From Cyanobacteria bacterium P01_D01_bin.156 (GTDB taxonomy: Bacteria; Cyanobacteriota; Cyanobacteriia; Phormidesmidales; Phormidesmidaceae): DNA of 64,000 nucleotides. Position numbers and translations under genes: made by a program. The stretch's first letter is position 1; each line of letters begins with the position of its first letter. A model generated the notes under the pieces. That model worked only from the letters and a program-made list of their open reading frames with translations. It ran no database searches and had not been told where the DNA came from. Shown here one piece after another: positions 40,406-50,900 of the stretch. The DNA lies in assembly GCA_039024555.1 (NCBI GenBank), contig JBCCQQ010000024.1, positions 15,149 to 79,148 on the forward strand. The letters are read 5' to 3'.

Positions 40406-40542
40406 GAGGGCCTCCCCATCAGCTCTTTTTGCAGACGCTGATCAGCTTTAAGCAAGTAAACTATGCGATCGCACAGTTTACCCATCAAAACTGGATCCTG
40501 TAATACCTTTTTTGCTAGAGCCTCTATCTGCTGAGGAGTCAT
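40402..40542 (-). CDS. 46-aa protein not in the ORF track
   Basis: MTPQQIEALAKKVLQDPVLMGKLCDRIVYLLKADQRLQKELMGRPS; AAGGAGG ribosome-binding site; ATGA overlaps with both neighbours. Confidence 0.75.
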   Translation of the reverse strand: MTPQQIEALAKKVLQDPVLMGKLCDRIVYLLKADQRLQKELMGRPS

Positions 40543-43064
40543 GGCGTACCTCCTTGAGCCATAGGGCTCCAGATCATTCGCCGAATATTTTTCATAGGTA
40601 ATACTGGTACCACCCCGACTTCGCTAAGTAGATATTGACCTTCTGGTGTAAGCAACTTATCGACCATCAGCTGCCCTTTTGCACATCCTTCTGCATAGCG
40701 ATCGCACGCCTCAGCATTGGTTGGAAGATGATAGGCCACCGACATTTCATACGCTAGGGGGTAGGTAACATTTGCCTCCTGAAACGGACGGTCATTTACC
40801 CAATAGGTCCCTTTATCACCACACAAATCAGTTGATGGATCAATGGGTTTACCTTCGCTATTGGTAAGTAGATGATGGGTCTGACTCCCTTCAACAATTG
40901 CCAAGGGATAAACAGAACACTGTCCCATCACCTGACTGATACGATTAAAGCCAATTCCGATAATATCGTCCCTCTCTATTCCAGTATTAGCTTCAAAATC
41001 TCTCACCATGCGCTCATACATATTATTTTCACGCCGCTTGGTTTGATATCGGGATTCGGTCCGAGGAAACCGATTTTCCGCGAGCCTACGCTGGTCGAAT
41101 ACTGTTCTGTCAACATCGCTATCAAATACAATGTCCCTTAGAAAATCAATAGTACGCTCATCCTCGGGCCAATAAATTTGCACCCTCGCTCCATCCAAAG
41201 GTGCATTGGGGTCTAATAGCACCCGGCGTAACTGTTCTAAACTAATGCGGCCCTGTAGTCGTTGAGGAATACTATCCTGTCGTTGGGGATTACTATGGGT
41301 AACAAATATAGCGATGCCATCATAGCCAACCACACGTTTTATCAGGTCGCTAGGTAACTCAGGTACAGGTAGGTTAAGAGTTGTTTGAATAAACGCAACA
41401 TCCAAACTCTCTGTACGAACATATTCCAACAATAAGTTTCTAGAAATTAAAACATTACGTGCTTTTTCTAAGGGGAGTGATGAATCTCTTTCTTCTAAGG
41501 TACGCTGAAGTTCGGTCGTACCAAACGATGAACCTGATCGAGATAATCCACTAGGAGAAGAGAGGGGAGATGTTAAGCGACTAAAAAAGGCTTTGCCCCA
41601 GGAGCTGTCTGCTTCAATACCGTAACGTATGGGATCTGTTAGAGCATAGGTTTCAACGTCAGCTAAGCGGCAAGGATTGTTGCATGCTACTATTTGGCGT
41701 TGCCCAGGTTTAAGGGACATCACTAACCAGGTAAGCAAAGACAGCAGAACTCCTCCTCCGAGCAATAGCAGGGGCACTGACAACAATGCAGATGTCCTTC
41801 TTCCAGAGCTCTCGTCCTCTTCTACGGCAACAGTAGTCGTCTGGGGTGAATCTGTTGATACGGAAGCAGTTTCTGGAAGTGTTTGTAATACTGAAATGGC
41901 ACTTTCAATGGACTTAAATCCACCTGTTTCACCATGCCCCATAAGCTGTAGCACATAGGGATAGAGGGTGCGTACACTATTATCTTCGGGCCATAGATTT
42001 AAATCTGCTGGATTATCTTCACTTTCATAGCCACGCACAAGGGCAAAGGCTATGTGAGCCAATGTGTGTAAATCATCATCGATAGAACCGATCTCCCAAT
42101 TATGCTGCGGGATAGATGTGTTTTGAGGCCAGAACAGTTGTTCCCACAGGGGAAAGCGACCCAAGTAAACAAAAAATGGTGATTGCTTCAGCTCAGTATA
42201 ACCATCTGGCAAACGGAGCCAGAGACAGTCACTAGATAGATTGCCATGGGATAAGCCTTGTTCCCAACGATCGCCGGGCCAGTTAACGAGATAGGTTTGT
42301 AAATACTGTAGCGATTGTAAAACCTGAGTAAGAAAACGTTCTATTTCGAACCGATTCCACGGGACAGGGTTTTGGGTGAGAAACTCATCTAGAGTGTGGC
42401 TATGGGGAACAGGACGAGTAATTAAGTAAATACAGTTATCGGCAGGCTTAATCACATCTTTAGGACGAATAATTCTGAAATCTGCTCCACCCCCTAATCG
42501 CAGATTGAGGTCAACTAAGTGCTTGAATCGTTGTTTACGTTCATCGACCTCATCCTCTGACCAGCTATCCTTATCTAAACAGTATTCATATATCCAAACC
42601 GGCTCCCCACCATTGTCCTGCAAACCGTCATAACAGCGCATCCAGTCATAGGTACATATACAGGATTTTATGGTGTATACTCCCCACCATCCGCCCTGTA
42701 ACCGTTCACCGGGCTGTAACACAGGTGCAGTAAAGAGAAGTGCATTTTGGGGTTCTGTAGCCGTATGAGGTAAATGTGTTAGCGGGACAGTTTGTCGTGA
42801 ATCTACCTCAAAATATGTTTGAGAACCTGCTGGTCCAGCAGGTTCTGAAGTGAATGCTCTTGGAGACTCAACTGACTGAACAGGCTGTTCTTGACTTTGA
42901 TCTCGATCTTCAGTGTTCTCACTTCCCAATGAGGCTTTTCCATAGGCCAGCATGAGCCGTTTTCGTCCCCACTGCCAAGCCATTTGCACAGGATTTCGAG
43001 CCAAGTTTTGCCCTTCACTAATGCGCCGCCGCGCCTGGTTCACTAACTCAGATAGTCTGACCAT
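40539..43064 (-). CDS. Membrane protein: degenerate protein-kinase-like domain, TM helix and PstS-like substrate-binding domain
   Basis: FLTQVLQSLQYL...HGNLSSDCL (kinase-like, lacks HRD and DFG); hydrophobic LLSVPLLLLGGGVLLSLLTWLV; VGYDGIAIFV, YPL and LLTPEGQ. Confidence 0.7.
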   Translation of the reverse strand: MVRLSELVNQARRRISEGQNLARNPVQMAWQWGRKRLMLAYGKASLGSENTEDRDQSQEQPVQSVESPRAFTSEPAGPAGSQTYFEVDSRQTVPLTHLPHTATEPQNALLFTAPVLQPGERLQGGWWGVYTIKSCICTYDWMRCYDGLQDNGGEPVWIYEYCLDKDSWSEDEVDERKQRFKHLVDLNLRLGGGADFRIIRPKDVIKPADNCIYLITRPVPHSHTLDEFLTQNPVPWNRFEIERFLTQVLQSLQYLQTYLVNWPGDRWEQGLSHGNLSSDCLWLRLPDGYTELKQSPFFVYLGRFPLWEQLFWPQNTSIPQHNWEIGSIDDDLHTLAHIAFALVRGYESEDNPADLNLWPEDNSVRTLYPYVLQLMGHGETGGFKSIESAISVLQTLPETASVSTDSPQTTTVAVEEDESSGRRTSALLSVPLLLLGGGVLLSLLTWLVMSLKPGQRQIVACNNPCRLADVETYALTDPIRYGIEADSSWGKAFFSRLTSPLSSPSGLSRSGSSFGTTELQRTLEERDSSLPLEKARNVLISRNLLLEYVRTESLDVAFIQTTLNLPVPELPSDLIKRVVGYDGIAIFVTHSNPQRQDSIPQRLQGRISLEQLRRVLLDPNAPLDGARVQIYWPEDERTIDFLRDIVFDSDVDRTVFDQRRLAENRFPRTESRYQTKRRENNMYERMVRDFEANTGIERDDIIGIGFNRISQVMGQCSVYPLAIVEGSQTHHLLTNSEGKPIDPSTDLCGDKGTYWVNDRPFQEANVTYPLAYEMSVAYHLPTNAEACDRYAEGCAKGQLMVDKLLTPEGQYLLSEVGVVPVLPMKNIRRMIWSPMAQGGTP

Positions 43065-43401
43065 GGGCTTCTCCAGAATCAGGGGCTGGGGGCTGGGTTG
43101 ATGTTCCTAGTGGTGGCAGATCATTAATTTGGCGATACAGGGTGTAGAGATAATTTAAATCAGCCGCGTATAAATCTTCAATGATGCGTGGAGTAATATC
43201 TGAAAGAGCCCCCAATTGAGTTACAACCCGCGATAGTACTAAAACTGTGGCATAGGCAGGGTTTGCTTTAACCCTGGGATCGCGCATAGGAGTGATTTCA
43301 TCGGCTGCCTTGGCCAGTCGCATTTTGCCCTTACGGTGAAGATTTCCTTCGCCATCGTAATAGCCTTTAGGTAGTGAGAAATCGAACTCCGTTTGAAACA
43401 T
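43048..43401 (-). CDS. CIS tail assembly chaperone
   Basis: FQTEFDFSLPKGY.D.EG.LHRKGKMRLA.A.DEI...DPRV..NPAY motif. Confidence 0.85.
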   Translation of the reverse strand: MFQTEFDFSLPKGYYDGEGNLHRKGKMRLAKAADEITPMRDPRVKANPAYATVLVLSRVVTQLGALSDITPRIIEDLYAADLNYLYTLYRQINDLPPLGTSTQPPAPDSGEAHGQTI

Positions 43402-43446
43402 AAGGACATCTTAATTACAGAGAGATAATAAAGAGTGACAAACGTA

Positions 43447-43944
43447 CTATTGACTACGGGTAAACCCATCTACGGCCAATTCCAGTTCTTCGATCGCCAT
43501 CTCACTACTTTGAGCATTCATATCGGAAGTGCTATAGCGTGTTGGCCATGCACCAGTAAAGTCAAACTTCGCTTTAACTGTACCAGCTTGGTCAAAAACA
43601 TTTAGCGAGCCCGCTGAAACATGGTCACTATCCCATTTGCCCGATTCAATATCCGTGAACCACTGCCACAGGGCTAAAGAATCTGTAAGGCCTCGTTTAA
43701 GAATAAGATTCTCTGTAGTAGAGCGACCTGGTATTTTGGTAGTGACTAATTGTCCCATCTTCGCATTCGCCCATTGACTTTTAGCAACTTCAACAATCTC
43801 GATGGCTTTTTGCTGTTTCTGAAATTTTTGACACTCTAGAAAGACCGCATCAACTGTTTCATTACCTCCCTTTAACTTAACTGAAAGTTCGAAGTAAAAC
43901 CGACTGGCCAGTAGTAGTTCGGATGGAAAATCAACGCTGGGCAA
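43447..43944 (-). CDS. Tail tube protein paralogue (gp19-like)
   Basis: LILKRGLT, LWQWF, GAWP and MAIEELELA motifs; TTG start preceded by AGGAGG. Confidence 0.88.
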   Translation of the reverse strand: MPSVDFPSELLLASRFYFELSVKLKGGNETVDAVFLECQKFQKQQKAIEIVEVAKSQWANAKMGQLVTTKIPGRSTTENLILKRGLTDSLALWQWFTDIESGKWDSDHVSAGSLNVFDQAGTVKAKFDFTGAWPTRYSTSDMNAQSSEMAIEELELAVDGFTRSQ

Positions 43945-43986
43945 AAGCTGACCTCCTACATAATTATCTTGTTCTTACCGATAAGG

Positions 43987-44445
43987 CTATTGCACGCGAG
44001 TAATCCCTTCATGCACTAACTCCAAGGTCTCATTGGCCATGTTACTATCACCAGCGGTGAAGCTAGGTCCTTCATATTTGCAAGGATAGGCATTAACCAA
44101 CTCCCAGCGAGCTTGCATATTACCTGCTTGGTCATAGGCACTAACCGATGCAGCTTTACGATTGCTATCCCAGGCAGATGAACCGCCATCATTGGTGTTG
44201 CAGTTTTTATACCATTCGTACAAATCTACATCGGTGGTGGCCACCATCTTAACGGTGACATTCGAAAACTTTTCTACCGTTGGTGTTGCCTGTCGAACCC
44301 GTACACCACTTTTACCAGAACCATGCACACCCCCGTCTCCAGCAACCGGAGATTCTACAGATAATCCAGCGACTTCTAGTACGAGCTTCTCCGATACACC
44401 GTCGGCTTCAAAGTAAAACCGACATGCCGTTAATAGTTCAGCCAT
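43987..44445 (-). CDS. Tail tube protein (gp19-like), probable major tube
   Basis: LYEWY, RWELVNAYPCKY and ETLELVHEG motifs; directly follows the sheath gene. Confidence 0.9.
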   Translation of the reverse strand: MAELLTACRFYFEADGVSEKLVLEVAGLSVESPVAGDGGVHGSGKSGVRVRQATPTVEKFSNVTVKMVATTDVDLYEWYKNCNTNDGGSSAWDSNRKAASVSAYDQAGNMQARWELVNAYPCKYEGPSFTAGDSNMANETLELVHEGITRVQ

Positions 44446-44481
44446 AGGTTATTTCGTGTCTCCTCATGTGTAAAAACAGCT

Positions 44482-44530
44482 TTCTTACAGTAGAGAGAGG
44501 GTCATAAGTAATCTCTCTCTACTGTAAGAA
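44482..44530. other. 18-bp perfect inverted repeat between sheath and tube genes
   Basis: TTCTTACAGTAGAGAGAG, 13-nt loop, CTCTCTCTACTGTAAGAA. Confidence 0.75.
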
Positions 44531-44543
44531 TCTCTCTAATTTT

Positions 44544-46289
44544 CTACCCCTCATCCTGGGAGGGATCCCATTGACGAATCCGGAAGATCACAAATTCTGC
44601 AGGTCTCACTGGGCAAACGCCAATTTCGATAAACAACATTCCCAACTTCATGGTTTCAGGAGTGTTCAGCTCGCGATCGCACTTCACATAAAAGGCTTCC
44701 TCGGGGGTGCTACCAAACAAGGCTCCTTGTCGCCAGATCCGCTCCAAAAAGTTCTTGACCGTGCGGGTAACCCGTGCCCATAGATCCTCATCATTGGGTT
44801 CAAATACCGCCCATTGGGTTCCCTCTTCAATGGACTTGGCGATGTAGCTCATCAGCCGTCGCACACTCACATAGCGCCAATCTGTATCATCCAGTTGGGC
44901 CAACGTGCGAGCGCCCCAGACCAGAGTGCCACGATTACGGAACTTACGAATGCAGTTGATGCCCTTAGGATTGAGCAGTTCCTGTTCACGGAAATTCGTA
45001 TCATAGGCCAGACCTACCACACCACGAGGAATATCATTGGCAGGGGCCTTGTGGATACCGCGAGATTCATCTGTCCGACACCATAGGCCCATCATGTGAC
45101 CACAGGGGGGAACAGCAATCGGTTTGCCCGAGTTTTTAGGGTTAGGGACCTGAACCCAGGGGTAGTAGAGCGCCCCAAACTGGCTCCGCCGCCCAAAGTG
45201 ATCCATCAGCCAGGATTCCACATCCTGGGGTGTCTGTTGTTCTGGCCTAACGGGCTGAGAACTTTTACGAGGTTTAACGGGGGGCGGATCGATCACGGCC
45301 ATGCGATAGGCCGGTCCAGGGGCCGATGTTTCACAACTTTGTAACATTGTTTCCATGACTCCGTGGACCTCAGGCAGCCCAAGTAGCCCTTTTTGATAAA
45401 CCAGCATCAGATCTGGGCAAGCCACCATGGCTACATCATCAATCTCAAACAGCCCCTGGATACCCGTACGACGTTTTCGATTACCCGCCAACTCTTTATA
45501 CCAGCGCTTTGTCCGATAGGGAACACGCCGTGGATTCACATCGAATACGCCATTGCTGGGTCGTTTAGCCAGAGGCAGTCCATTTTCTGAGTCAATGGTG
45601 ATATCCAGATACTCCTGTAACAGGACCCCCTCATCGGAGGCATCTTCTGGTTCAGAACGAGCGTTCATCAGATACACACCAGCAGAAAGATCCTCTTCTT
45701 CGACACCCTCAGGATTTTGCATGGTTAGGTGGCGAAATGTCTTTTCATCGCCGTTACCCGCACATACCTTTATCTTAAAAAATTCGCCACTGTTAAAGGG
45801 GTCCTCATCTGGATTATCTGAAGGTTGAGGTTCATCTGGTTCAATAAACACCCTGACCCGGCCTTCCTCTTCCCGTTCTGGTTTAACAGTAAACTCTAAG
45901 GATTTTTTACGCCCTGATGTGAGAATGGGCGTGGTGGGTAAGGCAATGTTGTCGTTATCTTCAATGGGGGCTGTATCGGCCAGGGGCAGCTGGGTTCCGA
46001 GGCTAATCACCCAACAGCGTCCACCACCATTGTCAAACCAACCCTTAACTGCAAACGGTAAATAAGCACCAAAATCTGTAAACCCGTCGGAACCCAATTT
46101 GGAAAAACTTTCTAGGTATTGGCTCCAATTAGTAATCAGCTGAGGCTGAAAAATCTCAGCATCGCCACGAATATCTTCTGTAAAACCGACAAAACCAGCC
46201 ACGCTCAAGCTCACACCTTGGATCGCCCGACTACCACTCGGGATCTCCTCAACGTATACACCTGGGGCAAAATAATCGAGTCGAGCCAT
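44544..46289 (-). CDS. Contractile tail sheath protein
   Basis: YFAPGVYVEE, ALYYPW, PP.GH..G, HKAPAN, VWGARTL, WRYVSVRR, WAVFEPND and PAEFVIFRI motifs. Confidence 0.95.
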   Translation of the reverse strand: MARLDYFAPGVYVEEIPSGSRAIQGVSLSVAGFVGFTEDIRGDAEIFQPQLITNWSQYLESFSKLGSDGFTDFGAYLPFAVKGWFDNGGGRCWVISLGTQLPLADTAPIEDNDNIALPTTPILTSGRKKSLEFTVKPEREEEGRVRVFIEPDEPQPSDNPDEDPFNSGEFFKIKVCAGNGDEKTFRHLTMQNPEGVEEEDLSAGVYLMNARSEPEDASDEGVLLQEYLDITIDSENGLPLAKRPSNGVFDVNPRRVPYRTKRWYKELAGNRKRRTGIQGLFEIDDVAMVACPDLMLVYQKGLLGLPEVHGVMETMLQSCETSAPGPAYRMAVIDPPPVKPRKSSQPVRPEQQTPQDVESWLMDHFGRRSQFGALYYPWVQVPNPKNSGKPIAVPPCGHMMGLWCRTDESRGIHKAPANDIPRGVVGLAYDTNFREQELLNPKGINCIRKFRNRGTLVWGARTLAQLDDTDWRYVSVRRLMSYIAKSIEEGTQWAVFEPNDEDLWARVTRTVKNFLERIWRQGALFGSTPEEAFYVKCDRELNTPETMKLGMLFIEIGVCPVRPAEFVIFRIRQWDPSQDEG

Positions 46290-46665
46290 AGCGCTATCCT
46301 TTGAGCTTATACCGCACGTAATGTTTTAACGGTGCTGAATCGGATTTTTCGCAGTTATTTGTAGTTATAAAATTTAGCGTTTCAGGTTCTTGGGATGATT
46401 TAGGTCTTTATTAATGACGGCACCTTGAAAAGTTTTATGGAGTGTTTCATCCTTTAGGCTGAAATTTAGATCGCATTTTAGTTAAAGGATTACGCAACTG
46501 CGAAAATTGCCTCACTCGGTCGTGGAACTAGTAAGAGCCCAATATTTAGCTCTCTCGTTACGAAATGATGTTTGTGCAATAGATAACGCCCCCTCTGGCA
46601 CTATAGCAGTCTAGGATGGGCATCCTATTTGGGCTATTCAGAGGATAACGATACAAACTAGGATT

Positions 46666-47169
46666 ATGGTCTTGCCATCTAAACCATTTTTATCTGAACC
46701 AGATGCTGTTGTCGTTATGCCGACAGAATCATTACAACAAACGGCAAAAGAATTCGCTCAGCAACATCCTACAAATGCCGAACGGATCTATCTCAACACC
46801 TTAGCTGTAGGCGTGGTTGATCAATATTTTAGGCTACTGGGCATTAAGACCAACATTACCCAAGGCGATAGCTGGAACCCTGTACTGCGCATGGTTAATG
46901 ATGTCGCTGACCTTGATTTGCCTGATTATGGTCGAGTGGAATGTCGTGTAATCACAGCTAATGCCACTGACTGTTATGTTCCAGCAGATGTAAGCTGCGA
47001 TCGCATTGCTTATGTTGTTGTACGTTTGGACCTAGATTCAGCAAAAATAGAAGCAGCTCTGTTAGGATTTGTAACCGAGGTAGAGAGTGAGTACATATCG
47101 CTTAGCCGTTTACGCGATTTATCCGAGATACCCCAACACCTCCAGAAGGCATCAACACTTAACAATTAG
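46666..47169 (+). CDS. DUF1822 family protein (short form)
   Basis: YLNTLAV, DSWNPV, DVADL, GRVECR, DRIAYVVV and LLGF motifs. Confidence 0.75.
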   Translation: MVLPSKPFLSEPDAVVVMPTESLQQTAKEFAQQHPTNAERIYLNTLAVGVVDQYFRLLGIKTNITQGDSWNPVLRMVNDVADLDLPDYGRVECRVITANATDCYVPADVSCDRIAYVVVRLDLDSAKIEAALLGFVTEVESEYISLSRLRDLSEIPQHLQKASTLNN

Positions 47170-47176
47170 ATGAGCC

Positions 47177-47923
47177 TCATCTAGCTGTACTAGGAGGCTG
47201 ACGTTTTGTTTGGTTGTGGGCTTTACGCTGCTGTTTGGCCATGGCTCTGATGGAGCTAACGGCCAAGGCGGCGGTGTGTTCTATTTGGTTTGCGATCGCA
47301 TCCAATTCATCAGCATTCTCTTGAAAGGTTTGACTTTGTCCTGTGGCAAAGTACAGGTTATGAAGCCGTTCGGGAAAGGTTTCTAGCTGTATGTCTGTTT
47401 GGATGCCCAGAGCATCGAGGCTATCTTTAAGAACGTTAGCTTGGGCCTGGGCACGTTCTAGGCCCTCTGGTTCAGGAGATATAGCTCCCTCGAATAGGCC
47501 ATTGAGGGCATTGGCGATAGTCCAGAGATGTTTGAAGGATGTGGTGGATTTTGCTCGGATCTGTTCTGTGGATTGGTTGAGTAAGTCTTCTAGCTCTGAA
47601 AGGGCTGTAACAGGTCTGGTGTTGGCTGGTTCACTTTTTGGTTGGTCAGCTGTAGCTTGTGGAGAACGCCAGCGTTTAATGCCATCTAAAATGCCTGTTT
47701 TGGCTGAACCAAGGATTTGACCAAACTGTTCTTTTAGCCAAGCCTTGGCTTCTTCTCGACTAATTTCATATTCTGTTAAGGCAGCCTCATCAACAGTCTG
47801 CTGACGCCCTGTTGTTGTACGGAGCTGAAAGTCGCCAGCTGGAAGCTCGCACTCATCAGGGATGAGAAAATAACGAGAACGTTCTGAATTAGACCAAACA
47901 GTTTTTAAAGCATTGGATCTCAT
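47177..47923 (-). CDS. Hypothetical protein directly downstream of the large DUF4157 nuclease (possible immunity or chaperone)
   Basis: 248-aa ORF starting 7 bp after the toxin stop codon. Confidence 0.6.
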   Translation of the reverse strand: MRSNALKTVWSNSERSRYFLIPDECELPAGDFQLRTTTGRQQTVDEAALTEYEISREEAKAWLKEQFGQILGSAKTGILDGIKRWRSPQATADQPKSEPANTRPVTALSELEDLLNQSTEQIRAKSTTSFKHLWTIANALNGLFEGAISPEPEGLERAQAQANVLKDSLDALGIQTDIQLETFPERLHNLYFATGQSQTFQENADELDAIANQIEHTAALAVSSIRAMAKQQRKAHNQTKRQPPSTAR

Positions 47924-47930
47924 AATTCAT

Positions 47931-50900
47931 TTAACGATTTGGTAAACCGGTACTAGCTGGAATAGGAATAAGTCTGTTATCAGGAGAATTTAATGGGTAA
48001 ACATTAACAGAAAATCTTCTAGGAAGGAAAAGAAAACCTAATTGTTGAGTAACATCACTTACCCGCTCACCAACGGAACTATTCATGGCTGTTTCTACAG
48101 CTTGAATAGTTAGATCTGTATTGTTTTTGGCAAGTCTGAAGAGGTTTTCTGCTGCATTAGGATCTACTGCCGTGAAGTTAGTATTCAGCCAATTTTGTAG
48201 CTGAGAAGTATTTCCCTCATAAATACATGAAATCGAATACCTAACCATATATGGTGGAGGCCCAACAATATAGTTCGAGTACCTTTCGTCTATTAAATTT
48301 TTGTATAAAGGTTCTTCCCAAGTTCTAATTCCAGGTGACTTAGTTCGATTAGTGGTCTTTAACATGGGAGCAAAGTTCTTTGTATCCGTATTTGAGCCTC
48401 CAAGAGAAGCCGCGATTAAATGGCCCTTATCGTATCCATCTAAAATTGATATTCCTGCAACTTCTGCTTGTGGGTTAGTTCCCGTAATAAACGGTCTAGA
48501 TCTAACACTTAAAATGACCTCTGCAGAAGAAGAACGAGAATAGCTATCCTGATCCCCGTAGCTGGGATTGTGTGCTGGAGGGAATCCTTCGAACTGCTCA
48601 TCGTGTAAAGTTCGGATATTATACTTTTGCAGTAGATTATTTAAGCCTTGAACAATTTTTTCTAGATCTCTCTCAATGGCAAGATCACGATTTCGGCTAG
48701 GTGGAATTGACTCATAGTGATTTTTAATGGGTATAAAGTCTTGTACCAGGTTGTAAAAGTCTGTATTAATTTGTTCTTCTAAATCTGTAGCCTCAAGCTG
48801 CTTATAATAATTGGCGCGCCCATTGCCAACCTCCATAATTGTTGCAAGCAGAGCTCTAAATGTATCACTAGCTACTAGAAGATTGAGACTACCGTTAGGA
48901 TTTGCCTCAGCTTTTAATATATGACCTTCACCCTCGACTGAGAATGGATACTCGATATCATTACTGATACCAAGATTTTCTCGAATTTTCCTAATGATCC
49001 CAACTAATCGATCTTCACCGCTTTCCACAGCGTCATCTTGAGTTGAGATTTCCTCTGGTTCAATTTCTGGATTAGTTACATCTTCTGCGAGTTCATCGGC
49101 ATCTGTATCCACTTCTGAAAGAATTTGGCGTGCTTGATTAATTAACCCCAGGACCTCAGCCTTTTTCTCCTCATCCTGCAAATCTTGAGCCATGCTTTCA
49201 TAATCATTAAGATGTTCTGCAACCGGCTTCTCAACGCTGGCCATCATTACGACAGCATCACCAGCTTGCTCCACGATATACAGACGATGGGATTCTCCAT
49301 CAGCGCTGAAGTTAACAACTTTTCCAATCTGGCCATCGTATTCATCATCGCTGTCGGAATCTTCATCCTCTTCTTCTCCTCCAATACCTAGTGATTTCAA
49401 CAGAGCTTTTCCTTTTTCTACGATCCAACCAATGGCCTCATCCAGTAATCCTTCAATCCACTCTTGGAAGCCCTTAATCGTTTTGGCAATCTGCTCAGGC
49501 AGATCGCCAAAACCCATGTAGTCTGCTAAGAAGTCCACCACAGGAACAATCAGCTGAGCTAGGGCACCTTCTACCGCATCGGCCATGCCGCTAATGTCAC
49601 CAGCAATAATCTTAGTAATGCCATTCACAACTGTTTCAATCAGGCTAAAGATGCGAGCGGCATTTTCAAAAATCCACTTCAGAACTCGGTAAATGGCCTC
49701 AATGGCCTGAGCGATCGCACCAACTGGATTAAACAGAATAATAATGCGAGCTGAAACCGCTTTGATCAAAGCTTCCACCATGTATTCAACAGCGGCTTCT
49801 AGGACCTGATCCAAAATGTCTTGAAGATTAATTTTGTCCTGGATCATCTCAACCATGCCCATAGGCCCCATTTCCACCATGGTGGAAATTACTTCGTAGG
49901 CCTTTTCAATTAGGGCAACATTTTCTTCGCCAATATGCTTAGCCAACAATCGCCGAATCTTTGCCCAGCTGATCCCCATCAGCTGTAGGAAGAAGGTAAT
50001 AATGCTCTTGAGCGATAGGTCGGTGGGAATCTGTACACCCACAGCACCGAGCCCGGAGAATAACCAGTCCAGTAGCCCATCGAGCATGTGCTCAGCAAAG
50101 CGGTCAAAGAACTGCTCAAAGCCCTGACCAATAGCCGACAGAAGATTGTCGGCAAAGTTCATAGGATCGTCAGCAATGTCTTCAATGGCTTGACCGATCT
50201 TATCGACAACAGCCCAGAAGGCAGCGGGTTGAATACCGACTAAGGTGAGTAAGCCTTCGATAATAAACTTGGCGGCGTTTTCAGCGAATTCTGCGAGCGC
50301 ATCCTCAATTTGACCGATCCATCCACGGGCCTGACTGCGTAGTTCCTTAATATGGTCACGGGCATCCACAGCCGCCTGTACGGCAGCATCGGCCAAGCGT
50401 CGGGTAGCATTCGCTTGAGCATCATCAACCTGGTTGCGCAGTGCCTCTAACTGACCGCTGAATTTTTGTTGTTCTGTTTCAGCCCAAGACTGCAGGCTAG
50501 TGGGTAGATCCTCAAATAGTTTCTTATGTTCCTTATCGGCTTCGTCAATAATCTTTTCACATTGATCAATAACCGAATCCACATAGGCAGATACATCCTT
50601 AAGCAGTTTGCAAATGCCATTAATAAAATTAGTTTTTGCAATGCGAAAATGTACTGGTATCCAGATTGGTAAACCAACAAGATACGTGATTGCCCCGGTG
50701 ATTAAGCTGTCTTTGTTGTCGTCGATCCACTTGGTAACCTTCTTGAGATCTTCTTCAAATTTATTGACAACAGCTTTCTTTCCATCTTCCCACTTCTTCA
50801 GGGCATCAGCGGGTAGTGGGTCTAGCAGGTCTTTGACCTCCTGTCGCGCGTTGCTAACAATCTCTTGGGCTCGGGCGCTCACCTCCGTTCGCAGGCGGTC

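Noticed and set aside
43048..43085. Frameshift at the end of the in-operon chaperone
   Set aside because: The -1 frame closes after a few codons; the next gene is in the +1 frame with its own ATG
30327..46289. Prophage or type VI secretion system interpretation of the tail genes
   Set aside because: No capsid, portal, terminase or integrase, and no TssJLM, TssBC or ClpV; DUF4255, the Afp15-like ATPase and DUF4157 point to eCIS
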